From contig NC_042997.1 in the NCBI RefSeq assembly GCF_006345805.1, forward strand, positions 169,942,001 through 170,006,000: 64,000 bases of DNA, read 5' to 3'. Of the stretch, positions 35,561 through 49,794 are shown piece after piece. How positions within the stretch are numbered: position 1 is the first letter of the stretch; every line of letters starts with the position of its first letter. The notes beneath the pieces were generated by a model, which saw only the letters and a program-made list of their open reading frames with translations, was not told the origin of the DNA and ran no database searches. A program made the translations under genes and the position numbers. The stretch comes from Octopus sinensis. Lineage: Eukaryota.

Positions 35561-37036
35561 ATAGCTTTCTTTCAGTTTCTGTCTACCAAATCAATTTACA
35601 AGGCTTTAGATGGCCCAAGGTGCCACACAGTAGGACTGAACCCAAAACCAAGTGGTGAGGAAGCATACTTCTTACTACACAGCCACAAATTATTTGAATT
35701 CTTTCCACAAAGAAGGAGCTGGTTTCTTATAAAGAAATGCAGAAACTATTCCAGAAACGGAATTTGGATAACTATTGCAAATGAATGTTACAAGATGAAA
35801 TTTAGGAAAGTTTTGCATGTTTTTAGTGTTCCGCTTACAGATTGTATTGTAAATTGCCTAATAGATGGTGACCTTCTTCACCTGAAGATCCTAGCTTTTC
35901 CAGATTGTCTCTTAAACATTTATTAACATCACCCAGCATACCAGTAATTATTTAGCCATATGAAAATGCATGATCCTGAGATTGCCATCCATAAATATAT
36001 TCCTTCTCATGGATTTCAGAGGAAATGGTCATGTGTATACCAACATATAGTATGTATGTGTGTGTGTGTGTGTGTGTGTGCGCACGCGTGTATGTGTGTG
36101 TGTGTGTATATATATATGTATATATACATGTATATAGACACACACGTGTTTTCATTTTGATATTTAGTTACTTTTTTTTAAGAATTTAAAATTACTTTTA
36201 TTCTTTTTTTTCTTTCATGAAAATAATGGCCCTGTCCTTTCTAGCATTGAGGTATCAGTAGACCTTTTCTCTTAAAATGGGTGTGTGTTTTATTCTGCTT
36301 TTTTTACTTATTTAAAATTATAAAAACATAGTAATATTTTTCACCCAGTACCCTGCTGACAAATATAGAGATACAGTTAATCATAAGTGGAGTGATAGAC
36401 ACAGTAAAATTATAGACTAAATACTTTGAACTATTTAACTGTGTATTTTCACATTCTGTTTTCCTGGGATTGGTAAAATACATACTGGTAACATACTGAG
36501 AATGATTCAGCCCTCTTCTACTGGAGCGTGGTTTTGTACCGAATTTGGAAATCGTGATTAGAATTATGTATGTGTTTGTGTATTCTTCTTTTACTTGTTT
36601 CAGTCATTTATTTGACTGCAGCCATGCTGGAACTCTGCCTTATAAAAAGTGAGTTTTCTGTATGCATGGGACTCGAACCCATATACATATGTGTTTATTA
36701 TATCAAAAGTTGACAGTCTGTTCAAACTTTCACCTTGGGGTGAGCCATGTATGACTTCCTGACATATATAAAGTGTGAAACTTCAAATAAATTTATCATC
36801 TTTTGAAACGATAAACATATCTATCCGCTTTGTCCAGTGTATTGAGTTCTTTATCAGACAATGTATGAACTATGTAAAATAACTTTTTAATATATTTTAG
36901 AACACTTACATTATGGTGTTTACACATATACATATATATCATCATCATCATCGTTTAACGTCCGTTCTCCATGCTAGCATGGGTTGGACGGTTCGACCGG
37001 AGATCTGGCAAGCCAGAAGGCTGCACCAGGTTCCGG

Positions 37037-37113
<77 letters not shown>

Positions 37114-37148
37114 CACATCTACATACATACTTTCACACACATATAGAA

Positions 37149-37181
<33 letters not shown>

Positions 37182-37293
37182 TATATATACATATATGTAT
37201 ACATATATATACATACATTGATAGATAGATAGATAGACACACACACAGATAGATGTTTTTTTCTTGTGTATTTTTCTATCTTTTTGGATTAAT

Positions 37294-37328
<35 letters not shown>

Positions 37329-37754
37329 TCACACACACACGTATACACATGCATATATATAAACATAATCATTTTGTTATAATAAATTTACTAAATAATC
37401 TCATTTATTCTACAATAGAATTGATTTGTGACATATTACAGAAGAAATGCATACTATGCATTTCACACACATGTTCAAACTTATATATATATGATATTGA
37501 ACCAATAAAGGGGGCATCTAAATGTTTGCTTGAGCATCTAGATATTTCCTGACATAGACTTCTTTGCAGCGAAATCACCTTCAATTCACACTCAGTGATC
37601 TTAAATAAAATGAAATTAGATAAAGGATCATTCGATAATGTATTCTGTTATATGCCTGGAAGAAAGAAATCAATGGGATAGTCTTGACTGGAACATATTT
37701 GACCATATGTCTGCTTTGACTATTTGCTTCCCTAGGGCTAATATAAACAACCTG

Positions 37755-37787
<33 letters not shown>

Positions 37788-40439
37788 CATTCACACACTC
37801 ACACACACAGACTTTCATTCATTATATAAACACATGCTCAAATGCATTTTTTTTAAAACTAAGACAATAAACCTCTAACTCTCTCCATTGTGAAGTGTAA
37901 GCTAGAATCAATATATATTTATTGTCATTTCTATCATCTTTTTAAATTTAAAAAAAATTTACTCGCCAAATTGAGAAATTATTACTTTTTAATTAGCATC
38001 TTTGTTCTACCATTTTGTTTTGTTATTGCCATGAATTAGTTCTTAGTGACCTTATTAGCAAAAATACTTATAGAAACTACATTTTCAATAGTTGCTTTCA
38101 ATTATGCACTACAACAACAATAATAATATTGATGATGATGATGATGATGATGATTTCTAAAAATAAGCAAAATTTATGGGGAAGGGCCATAGTCACTTAT
38201 ATTGCCATAGTACTTATTTATTTTATTGATCATGAAAAGGCAAATGTTAAAGTTGAAATTAATAATAATAATAATAATGATATTAATTTTTTGATGCAAA
38301 GTGAGAGTATTTGATGTTTTGTTAGCATCATATTCTTAATTAGATTAGGTACATTCAAACATACATAGATACATATAAAGTTACATATTTTAATTACCAC
38401 CATGTGTATATTTTATATACACATGTGTATATAAAAATATACATGTGTATGTTTGCATGCGTGTATGTATATGTATAGATAAATAGATAAAATTCTTAGT
38501 AATTAATTATATATACCTACATGTTTACACAGAACAATTTATATAGTTTCCTTAAGTATACTTATTAAGCTAGTCCGTTGTGTATAATTCTGTTGTATCT
38601 TATTCCAAAAATCATATATTTAAAAAAGGGATTCTAAACTACAAAATCTATGAAGGAAAATATTTAAAAAATTTGATGCAATAACTAAAGAAATATAAAT
38701 ACCTGAATTAGGGTCTTGGTAAGAAAATATGCATACAACTGTGCAGCCAATTTACCGAATATGAAATCAATAAGGAATCTGCAAAGTTGGGTAAATTGAT
38801 ATTGAAACAAGATGGTTGACAGTTATTGGTTACGTTTTTGCTAAAGACACTACTGCTGATGATGTTGCTGCTGCTACTGCTGCGGTCAATGAGTGAATAT
38901 AATAATAATCTATGGATTTTTGTTGGAATAGGGAAGCAAACAACAATAACAACAGAAAAAATGTATTATTTGTAAGATGAATTGTTTATCTATTGAAACA
39001 TTGAATTCCTCATATTACTTTTTGTTTATCTTCCATAGTAAAAAAAAAAATAGATAAATAAACCCAGTAGGTTGTGAAAGACTTTGAACAATCCTATTAT
39101 TGTGAAGGTGATGGACTGACTCTACAACAATGACATACTTTGAAGAATAAAAAGGAGTTAAAAATAAAAACGAAAAAGAAAGCATTTGTACATCACTGTC
39201 ACTAAGCCCTTTCCATACCAAATATTTGTGCTGACTCACCAGACCTTCAGTCAGTTTAACTGCAACTTCTGGAACTATCTGTCTATTGTCTTTGTCTGTG
39301 GGTTCTTCTCCTTTCACTCATTTCCTGCTCTACTTCCTCTCATTCTCCAAAAATGTAATTTTAAAGGAGAGTGTTATTAGGGATTCTGTGGATTTCTTTC
39401 TCTCTTTCTTTTCCCTTCCTGGTATTTTTTTGCTATATCTCTCCAGTGACTTCTCATAATCATTATTCTGCTGCAGCAAGTCAGATACAGTTTATCACTT
39501 TTAACCTTCATTCCTAACTTTCAGTCACAATGACTCCATTATGAGAAATTCATTTAAGCTGATTTACCAGCTAATAAATAAATATTGTCATGTTGCCTGT
39601 TATATCTAGAAAGGAACATTTGGAAATTATTATTCTGTTTAGAAAGTCTTGTGATTATAAACACTAAACATTAGACTGATAAATGGATTATGGATTTTTA
39701 CACAGTGCTTGTTATTTTGAAAGCTAACTCAGTACATATGCTTTTAACTACATAGTTGATTTTTTTAACAATAAAATCATTTATTGTAATATATGGCTAT
39801 TTCAAATTTCATTAGTTAGTCACAAATTATCTCTACGTGAAGTTTAAATTGTTATATATTTCTAAGACTCAATATTATAGTTATATAGTTATAGAATCTT
39901 ACCTTTAGGATCGATCTATTTAATACTTAGATTTGAGATTGTATCAGGGCCATATATAAGATTTTTATATATTTAAAGTCAAGACATGTTTACAATAAAG
40001 CAGCAGCCAAAATTCACATACACAAAATAAAGTGGTTAAATATAGGCTATTACTGATAACTTCATGTATATATTTTTTGTGTGTTTTTGGAATTTTTATC
40101 TAAACATTTATCTTTTACATTAAACATTTTTGTAATAAGATTTTTTTTTTCTCTACAATACTAACATTTTTCTTTCTTCCTGTTTACATAAAAATTTGCT
40201 TGCTTACATAGTGTATTTACATCAGCATAGTATTGGTCAGAAATGAAAAAAAAGAACAAGTGTCAATTTGAATTTACTAAACAACTTAACTTTTAATCTC
40301 ATATATTTTATTAAGAATTGTCATTGAACAAAAACTTTCACAGTAGATTGTAGCCCATAAAAATATGGAGGCAGGTTGTTCATGATGTATAGTGCACAAC
40401 TATGTATCCATTTACCCATCTCCTCTGCCACAGTCCCTG

Positions 40440-41335
40440 AGGGATTGTGAAGGTAGAGTCCTCAGACACCTCCTCTACAAGGTCCTATCAGAAGCAACCT
40501 TCATTTAACTTTACAGCTTGATTTCCAAATATGACTGACTGAGACTATGGAAATTATCCAACCATCTCATTTTTGGTCTACCCCTAGGCCACTTGCTCTT
40601 TGGCTCAGTTTGAAGAATTTGTCTTGCAATTCTTACCTGCAACCTTCTAATTATACTTCCATAGCACCAGAGCTATGACGTCTCAATGTGGAGAAGAAAT
40701 AGCTCAACTTGGAGAGACTCCTTGATTTTCAAGCTACACACCCTGTCAATTAACATTACTTCAGAGGTCCTTCAGAGAACACCATTTCAGTCACTTGCAA
40801 TTGTGACCATACTCTTTTAGCCATTATCCAACATTCAAGACCATAGGTGAGGGTGGGTATGAAAACGGAATTGAAGAGAGCAAGTTTGGCTTTTTTACCA
40901 ACCTCTCTCCTTCTAAGGATTGAATGCTGGAGCTGGTGCATAATTGTGCTAACACCTGAAATTCTAGCATACAGTACTAACACCTGAAATTCTAGCATCC
41001 AGTATCAACACCTGTAATTCTGGCATCCAGTGCTAACACCTGTAACTCTAGCATCCAATTCAGCCTTCTGTTTCACATCACTTGTGAGAAAGACCTCAAG
41101 ATACTTAATCTTCTACTTTGTCTCAGTGATGTTCCACTAATATGCAGAGTGTACTGGGAAAACCTTCTTGAGAGAACCAGGGTTTCAGTTTTCACTATGC
41201 TAATTCTAATCTCTGCCTTGCAGCACCCAGCAATGAACGAACCCACTCAGTGCATGCTGCAGATCACCTTCTGATGAATCAAGTAGCACCATGTTGTCTG
41301 CAAATATCAGCCAACTAATCCTAATTCTACAACTA
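40440..41335 (-). mobile_element. Degenerate RTE LINE of a second family (Rex3/Expander-like RT C-terminal region)
   Basis: Minus strand: LIFADNMVLL..LQHAL..KTETLVL..KYLEV..ARISGVSTIMHQL..KKAKLALFNSVFIPTLTYGLECW..EM.F; stops and frameshifts. Confidence 0.85.
40948..41059. repeat. 28-bp tandem repeat x4 inside the LINE
   Basis: Units gctaacacctgaaattctagcatacagt / actaacacctgaaattctagcatccagt / atcaacacctgtaattctggcatccagt / gctaacacctgtaactctagcatccaat. Confidence 0.95.
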
Positions 41336-41790
41336 TGTAGAAATAGAAATACAGAATTTTCTCCAATAATGTCTTGTAGAATTCAGATTTGTACTTGCTT
41401 GGCTAATGATTTGATCTAAGACTGTCTGTTGAAACTGAGATTGTCTAATTCATTTGTCTTGATGTTTTATAGAATGTCACATTGTTTTTCACTGATTACA
41501 TATAACAATAGCAAATCACATTTGTTTGTTTCTGGTTTTGTTCTTTTCTTGAAGATCCTAAGTGCTTTTCTTCTTTTGTTCTTATTGATTATCCCTAGGC
41601 CTGCCCTAATTGAGTGGACATTATAATCAGAGGTTTTATGGCCTTGACCACCTACTTCTGCTTTGGGGAATAGTGTATATAGGACTACATTATTCAATGT
41701 AACCTTCTTTATTTTTAAGATGGTAGGTTGAGATTTCGCTGCTATTTTTAGTGACCATGTGGGGCTTCCTTCATTATATAGGATGTTTTA

Positions 41791-41881
<91 letters not shown>

Positions 41882-41920
41882 ATTATTATTATTATTATTG
41901 TTATTATTATTATTGTTATT
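41791..41920. repeat. (TAT)n trinucleotide microsatellite
   Basis: Directly visible. Confidence 0.97.
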
Positions 41921-42559
41921 GAGGGTGCATGGCTTAGTGGTTAATGTGTTGCACTCACAATCTGGCGATTATGATTTCAATTCCTAGACCAGGTGGTGTG
42001 TTGTGTTCTTATGCAAAACACTTCGTCTCACGTTGCTTTGCAATCACTTCAACACCTGACATGTTGTACACTGCACTTGTTCGGGCAACGTCAATTTGAT
42101 GGAGAGAGTGAGCTAATGTGTGGCATGAACATTTGATCACTATAAACAAATCACTTGTGCAAGTCATTCAGCAAAAGCCGAACACTCGGTGGGAGAGTCC
42201 ATTATCATTAAGGTGGCAAGCAGGCAGAATCTTTATTTTGAGTTCAACTCTGCTTTCCATCCTTTTGGGGTTGATGAAATAGGTACCAGTCTAGCATTGG
42301 GGGTCAGTGTAATTAACTATTCTCCTTCTTCTTATCATCATCAGCAGCAGCAGCAGCAGGGCTGTAGATTGTCAGAATCATTAGTGCATCAGACAAAACA
42401 CTTTACAGTATTTCTTCCAGGTCTTTACATTCTGAGTTCAAAAGTACCTGTCGAGCACTGGGTTCAATGAAATTGAATCACCTCTCCCCTTGTGCCAAAT
42501 TTTGAAGCAGTTATTATTATTATTATTATTATCATTAGTCTTATGTCCCCCTTTCATAT

Positions 42560-43200
42560 ATGAGTGCAAATGGTGCCATTGAGGAGATTGGTATGCAGAG
42601 TGTTGTCCAGCTGTGCTTTGAGTACACTGTTAATCAAGGCAAATGCCTTCCACCCTACTTTTGCTCTACATGAGATTTCAGAATTCATGTCTCAATTTAT
42701 ATTTACTGTCTGTCTTATGTAGGCATACTCCTTTATCTTTTCAATTTCATCACTTTCCACCACAGTTCGGCTTATGCTACATTTTTGGACTGCATGTATT
42801 TTGTTTTCCTATGGTTAATTTTGAGGCCTACTGCTGAACTGTGGGTGTCTAGGTATGTCATCATGGTCTGCAGCTAATCTGTGGTTTCGGTGATGAACAT
42901 GATGTCGTCTTTGAATTTGGGATGTGTTCATAGTTCTCTGTTGATGTTGATGCCACGTCTGGGACAATAAATTTCCAAGTACTGTCCATGCTTCACAACA
43001 CAATAGGAAAACAAAACAAACCCATACATGCCATTTACATAATCAAATATATGCTGGCTATTGAATGGTTGGGCAAATTACTAAAAAAAAACCATTCAAC
43101 ATTTTTACATTGGACAAAACATCTTGAGGCTGTATTCCACAACTGGGTACACCAATACCCCTCTAGACACCAACCCTTGTTTTCAAGTAAGGTACTTTGT
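42560..43200 (-). mobile_element. Degenerate RTE-like LINE RT fragment (third family)
   Basis: Minus strand: KQG..; GININ.EL.H..F.DDIMFI.E...LQTMM..L...S.AVGLKIN..KTK.M. Confidence 0.7.
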
Positions 43201-43605
43201 CCTTTCTATTAGTCTTCACATTCTATTAATGTCATAACCACCATGCTCTGGTGTATCATTAAGAAGGACAACACTTATGGATATGGTGTTCTCCGTAACA
43301 CCAGTTAATTTACAAAGTTTATTGGGTGCATCTTATCATGGCACCACACTAGAGAGGCTGTTTCGTCTTCTTAGCTCATACATTTTGCCCAATCATTATA
43401 TAACAAAAATACAAAAATGAAGAATCTCATCAACATACAAGTTTTTTTTTTCTTCTTTTTAAATGGCTTAGTCAGAGGAAGAAGAGTAATGTTCATTAAC
43501 CCTTATTTTCTGAAGAGACTAAAGTGACTAATGTAATTTTACTACTGCAGATATTGAAAGTTGTTAATTGTAAACATCATGGCTTTTACTGTTATATTAG
43601 ACACA

Positions 43606-44110
43606 TCTATATACATAAAACTGTAGTTGTGTGAGAGTCTGTCCCCTTCGATTTAGATTCCTAACTACTCCCACATTTTGCGGTGCAGTTTAACCAAATT
43701 CGGGTATCTTATAGTCGTGATTCATATCGAGCCCGTCTGAGTATTAGCGCGCGTCTACGATGAGTCTACGATTTTAAAAATAATTTAACATCATTTTTTA
43801 TTCCATTTTAATGCATAATTTTTCGTGTGTCGATGGCGGCGGAGTTGGCGTCCATAGTCACACCTGCACCTGTTTGCTTCTCCCCCTTCTTCCCTCCCGC
43901 GTGAAGCTGTGAGTGTAAGGAAATCAACGTCGTAAAGCGTTGTTAAGGAGACCAGCGTTCTTTTAGAACAACGACTTCATGGCTTGAAGACACCAAAACA
44001 GAAATGGCTAAGAAAGCCCGAATTGGCATCTATAAGGGAAGTAACTCTCTAAAAATGCTTATATAGTTATTTCCCTTACAAACCCGAGCAACGCCAGGCG
44101 ATACTGCTAG
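43606..44110 (+). mobile_element. Non-autonomous Helitron, young (CpG retained)
   Basis: 5' A|TCTATATAC, 3' cccgagcaacgccaggcg hairpin then CTAG|T; no TSD. Confidence 0.85.
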
Positions 44111-45064
44111 TTATATATAATAATACCATAACTTTTCACTGGCTGATTATGCATATACAACAAAGAACTATTTCAACATGCTATCTTACATAAAACAAAG
44201 CTTGATATAAAAGATTATCTGATAATACACCTGTCTTATTTATAATTCCTCAATAAACTAGAAGTTTACTTATGAAAATTACATTAATAAGGAAATAAAT
44301 TGCAAAACTTAATATTTCTGTAGCTCATCTTAGCAACAAAATAACTGAAGAGACTATAGTCAAACTAGTTCCTGATTGCCGAAAGAAACTTGATGGTCAG
44401 AGATTAAATGCATTTTAAGTGCAGAGATAACCAATGAGAAGCAGACACAACATTGTTCTTATGATTCTTGCTTACAATAAAAAGCAATAAACCTTTTTAT
44501 CTGATGCTTGCTTTGCCTCTAACTCCAAGCACTCTTCAAAATTCTCAGTCTCCCCTAATCTCCATGCTCTCAGCCTTATCATCACATATACATCGTTGCC
44601 ATATATAAAATGTTCTTTTATTGCTCCAACCCAACAAGGAAACTGGGTTTGAGAACAGTCCCTCTGTTACCTTGATTACTACCCTCCACAACTGACTCCT
44701 TTCGCTGCCAAACTCTTCAACTTCTGCTTTCTCTCTCATACAATATGTAAATGTATAATACATATATGTGTGTGTCTATGTGTATCTGTGTACATATGCA
44801 TATCATCATTCTTATGTCAATGTTTTCCACGCTTGTGTGGGTTGAACAAATTTTCTTGAGAAAGTATTCCACATCAGTTTACTCTTCTTGACACCAACTC
44901 TTACTTTCTTGCATGTATGCTACTTCAGTGCACTTGTCTTCACACATCAAAACCATCATACTTCAGACATGTTTAAGTGATATTTAATTATCACTGCTGC
45001 TCAGGCAATGCCGGTGTGAAAACATGCAGAGACATTCATGTGCTTGCATGTGTATGCATACAGA

Positions 45065-45099
<35 letters not shown>

Positions 45100-45905
45100 A
45101 CATGTTTTGCTTCTATACAGTTTCCATTTACCAAATTTCACTTAGAACTTGAGGCTATGATAAAAAGACTTTTACCCAAGGTGACACACAGTGGGATTGA
45201 ACCTGAAACCACATAATTGCAAAGCAAGCTTCTTATCAACACTGCCCTACTTCTGTGACACACAGGCTTTGCAAGTTGATCCCAGGCTACTCATTGAGAA
45301 GTTACTCCACATAAGAGCTGATAGAGAGTAGAGGGTATTCTTTAGTCTTCATCCCATAGGACAACTTTATTGGTGTCAAAATCATGATAGAACACATCCA
45401 GTAGACCCTGTAAAGAAGTTGATTATATGAAAGATATTCAATTATAGAAACTCTACCAAAAGTGGAAGATATGCACTCTACAAGCAATGGCAAAGTTACC
45501 CATGTTGATGGACTGTAACTTCAGTCGAGTGGGGCTATTTAGTTATCCTGAATAAGCTAGCTTCTCAAATGCTAGTGGTATGATAAAATTTTCCCAGTTC
45601 ACATTGTAAGGCATACAGAAAAATGATGTTGGGTAGTATGGTTACGATGTATGCAAAATGATGCGAACTGTAACAAGTGGCTAGTCCCATCCATCACATT
45701 CTGATGTGGAAAAAATGGACTCAAAATGATGGTGACAGCGTCAGTGGCGATGCTGATAATGGTAATATTCACACATACCTTTTTCTTTGAAGAAACTTAC
45801 ATAACTAATCTGAGAAAGAATATATTGCTTTAAAAAAGTTTTTAAATATTCAAAGATTTTAAACTAGCACCGTATCTTATTATGAATTAAACATTTTATA
45901 TATAT

Positions 45906-46300
45906 AGGTGCAGGCATGATTGTGTAGTAAGAACTTTGCTTACTAACCATATAGTTCCAGATTCAGTCCTATTGCATGGCACCTAGGCCAAGTGTCTTCT
46001 ACTATAGCACCAGGTTGACCAAAACCTTGTGAGTGGCTTTCATAAATGGAAACTGAAAGAAGGCCATCATATATATTTCTATGTGTCTTTATGTCTGTAT
46101 CAGTCACCTACCACTGCTTAACAACCAGTGTCAGTGTACTTACATCCCCATAACTTAGCAGTATGGCAAAACAGACTGATAGAATAAGTAACCGGAATAA
46201 AAAAAAATTAAGTACCAAGGTCATTTCGTTCAGCTAAAATTCTTCAAGGCATTGCCCTAGCATGGTCACAGTCTAATGACTGAAACAGAAGATAAAAGAA
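45906..46300 (+). mobile_element. SINE family B, older copy
   Basis: Head and tail match family B; further parts at 46876-47040, 47452-47634 and 51095-51436. Confidence 0.8.
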
Positions 46301-47106
46301 GATATATTTATATGGTACCTGGAGATAAAAAGAATGGAACAGTTCAATGATTGTGTAAATTGAAGCAGCGCAAAAGATGATTGAATAATCTGATCAATAC
46401 TTTCTGTACTACATGTAGCACATCTCTGAAATGCAGACAAGCAATTGTGAGATGTTAATGAGAAGACAAGTTGTAATGCAATTCTAGCTTCTACTGATCA
46501 GAAATTGTTTGGGATTTTTCATTATTAACCATAACTACATTTTCAGAGTGCTATTATTACATAATATATTGGCGAGCTTTATTGATGATAGACAGGCAGT
46601 CTAATAATATGAATATGTTAAGGTTAAAAGTTGAAGATGTTTTGCAATTAAATAGTAGATTAGAGTAAGATTAGAAGAATGATTGCATCACCATAGCAAC
46701 GAGTATGATTGGAAGTAATATACAAGAGATCATTTGTTTAATGGGGATGGAAAGGGTCAAGGAGTTGACATATCCTAGGGAAACATCGGTCTTGTTGAGG
46801 TGGGGTTGGTGAAAGTGGTTACTTGATACATATGCTGACATGAAATTCACACTTTCTACTTTTAAAGAAATCCTAGGTGCAGGTGTGGCTGTGTGGTAAG
46901 AAGTTTGCTTCCTAACCACATGGTTTCAGGTTCAGTCTTACTGCATGGCACTTTGGGCAAGTGTCTTCTCTAACCTTGGGCCAAGCAAAGCCTTGTGAGT
47001 GGATTTGATAGATGGAAACTGAAAAAAGCCTATCATATATATATATATACATACATATGAGTCTGCTGAAATGAATTGATAGGTTCGCATATAAAATCTC
47101 AAGATA

Positions 47107-47108
<2 letters not shown>

Positions 47109-47185
<77 letters not shown>
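47109..47185. repeat. (TC)n microsatellite
   Basis: Directly visible. Confidence 0.97.
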
Positions 47186-47188
<3 letters not shown>

Positions 47189-47855
47189 GAAATTATGCTC
47201 ATGTGACATAGATGCAAATTTAATGTACAAATTTGTAATTGAATTATTGAGTATTAATTGAAACGGCTGTAAGAAGCAAAGGTGACCAATTTGTTGATAA
47301 TGAATAATTGTTAACTTCCTTGTCTCCATTAACATATACTTATTGTTTTAAGGGAATTTCATGCCCCAACAATACTAGGTATTGAACCAGTATTTCTTTG
47401 GATGCAACCATACCTTCACAAGGTTAACATATCCTCTAATTGTGTGTGTGTGTGTGTTTATGTATATGTTTGACCCCCACCACTGCTTGACAACCAATGC
47501 TGGTGTGTTTACATTCCTGTAACTTAGCAGTTCAGCAAAAGAACTAATAGAATAAGTACCAGGCTTTAAACTAAAAATTCTTCAAGGTGATGCCCCAGCA
47601 TGGCTGCAGTCTAATAACTGAAACAAGTAAAAGATATAGCATATTGGCACTTGTGGTGTCTAGGCATTTATGTGACAATATCTCACTTTATGTCTATATC
47701 TCTATAGAGGAACATTAAGATTTCTGTTGCCCATAGCTATAGCTCTTTGAAACTCCTTTCAATGGTACTAAGAGAGGTTATTGTTTAGTCTCAGATCTGA
47801 CCTGATTGAGCAAACCTATGCATTCCAATCATGACAATCACACTTTTTTTTTCCG

Positions 47856-48048
47856 TGTGCCGGTGGCACGTAAAAGCACCCACTACACTCTCAGAGTGGT
47901 TGGCGTTAGGAAGGGCATCCAGCTGTAGAAACTCTGCCAGATCAGATTGGAGCCTGGTGCAGCCATTTGGTTCACCAGACCTCAGTCAAATCGTCCAACC
48001 CATGCTAGCATGGAAAGCAGACGTTAAACAATGATGATGATGATGATG
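47856..48048 (+). mobile_element. RTE 3'-tail element
   Basis: One GTGCCGGTGGCAC motif plus tail and (GAT)n. Confidence 0.85.
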
Positions 48049-48154
48049 TGTGCATCCAGAATCACGTTATCCAATGTATATTTCTCCTTTTTAAGATGGA
48101 TTTTAGGATTTGGCTTCTACTTTTAGCAGGTTGAAACCGTATAGGAACTCCCTT

Positions 48155-48358
48155 ATTTTTGGCACAAGGCCAGCACTTTCGGGAGACAGAGTAAGTCCAT
48201 TACATCGACCCCAGTGCTCAACTGATACTTATTTTATCAACACTGCAAGGATGAAAGGCAAAGTCAACTGACATAATTTGAACTCAGAACATTAAGACAC
48301 ATGAAATGCCACTAAGCATTTTGCTCAGTGTGGTAACAATTCTGTCAGCTTGCAGCCT
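48155..48358 (-). mobile_element. SINE family A, old copy
   Basis: Matches the family A reverse complement. Confidence 0.8.
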
Positions 48359-49194
48359 CCTCCTTGTCTAATATTGATACTACTTGGCTACAGTAAAATA
48401 TTTGAGGTGAAAAAGCCAGTGGTTAGTTTTAATTATTCCCAACATATTCAATGTGTATTTATGATATAAAACTAATTACATGTTTTAAAGAAGTTAACAT
48501 TTTTGTTGATTAGACACACTAATGTGTGCTTTCCTATTCTGGTGCAGATACCTTTGGAGAGGAGGAAATTACATATAGTTTTGTGCATAATGAGACCCTA
48601 CTTAGGAAAATAATATTTAAAGGGTGATGTTTGATATATCAGGGAGAAGATCTGTCTCTTAGTTTTGTACTGAGAGGCCAGAGGAGATGTTGCACTTGGC
48701 AACTGTAAAAAAAAAGTGATAGGCTGGGAGAGTTTATCAAAGGAATGTATTAATAGTAGTGGTGGTGGTGGTGGCTTTTATGGAAGTGGTGGTGGTGGTA
48801 AAATGGGTTTGTTTTGTTTATGTAGCAAATAATTAAAGGCAGAACAGGAGACAAATATGTTGGTTTTTTCATTGGGTAGTGGAAAAAGGTTGTTTTCATA
48901 CATGTCTGTATTTCATATTTTAGTTGATGTTTAACCTTGTTTTTAGATGTTGATTTTTTTTTTTTTTTAATGGTGGAGGGTTATGTTAGAGTTCACTAAC
49001 ATTTCGCTTTCTGCTAATTTACTGGCGATTTCTTTGAAGAGTTTGATTCCATGTAGTTGGAGTTATTAACTCCATACCTTCCTGTACTGTCAGAGTTGTT
49101 TTACTACAATTGTAACAGATTATAACAGAATTAGTCATTCCATTATACTAAGAAACCAATTATCAAAATTTTAAATTCAGAATCCTTTTTTTTA

Positions 49195-49250
<56 letters not shown>

Positions 49251-49577
49251 CCCCCCCCTCTGGTTTTTGACTTTCTTGAAGAAATGTTAATTGTTATGAA
49301 AATATTGGATAACTACATGTACATAAATGTCACAGTCATAAATATTTTGTCCTGTAAAATTAAGCTCCATAATTAGATTGAGGATATTTTTCAGCAACTT
49401 GGAATACAGATAAAAACTGACTAGTTTCACAATTGTTATGACTCATCAGGACTTGCCACTCCATCCCAAATGCAGAGCTATGTATTAAAATGCAAACAAG
49501 ACTGTGCTGGTCACAGCTTAATTATTTAATGTTACAAGGTTAATAGTCTAACATTAATTCTTGGATTGGGCAACATA

Positions 49578-49794
49578 CAAGGGGGTGCTGAAAAGTTCCT
49601 GGCTTTAAGGGTATCATGAAAGGCCTGGTTGGAGGCCCAACCTTCCCAGTTCTTTTACTGGGCTTAGAAAAACTGAAGGACCACTGCAATAAGTGTGTAA
49701 ATCTGAAATGGGAATATGTTGAATAAAATCATAATTAACTGATCTTCCTGTATTTTCTTTTACTCAAAGCCAGGAACTTTTCACTGCCTCCACA
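49578..49794 (+). mobile_element. mariner-derived MITE (second copy)
   Basis: TA|CAAGGGGGTGCTGAAAAGTTCCTGGC ... GCCAGGAACTTTTCA; encodes GLEKLKDHCNKCVNLKWEYVE*. Confidence 0.85.
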
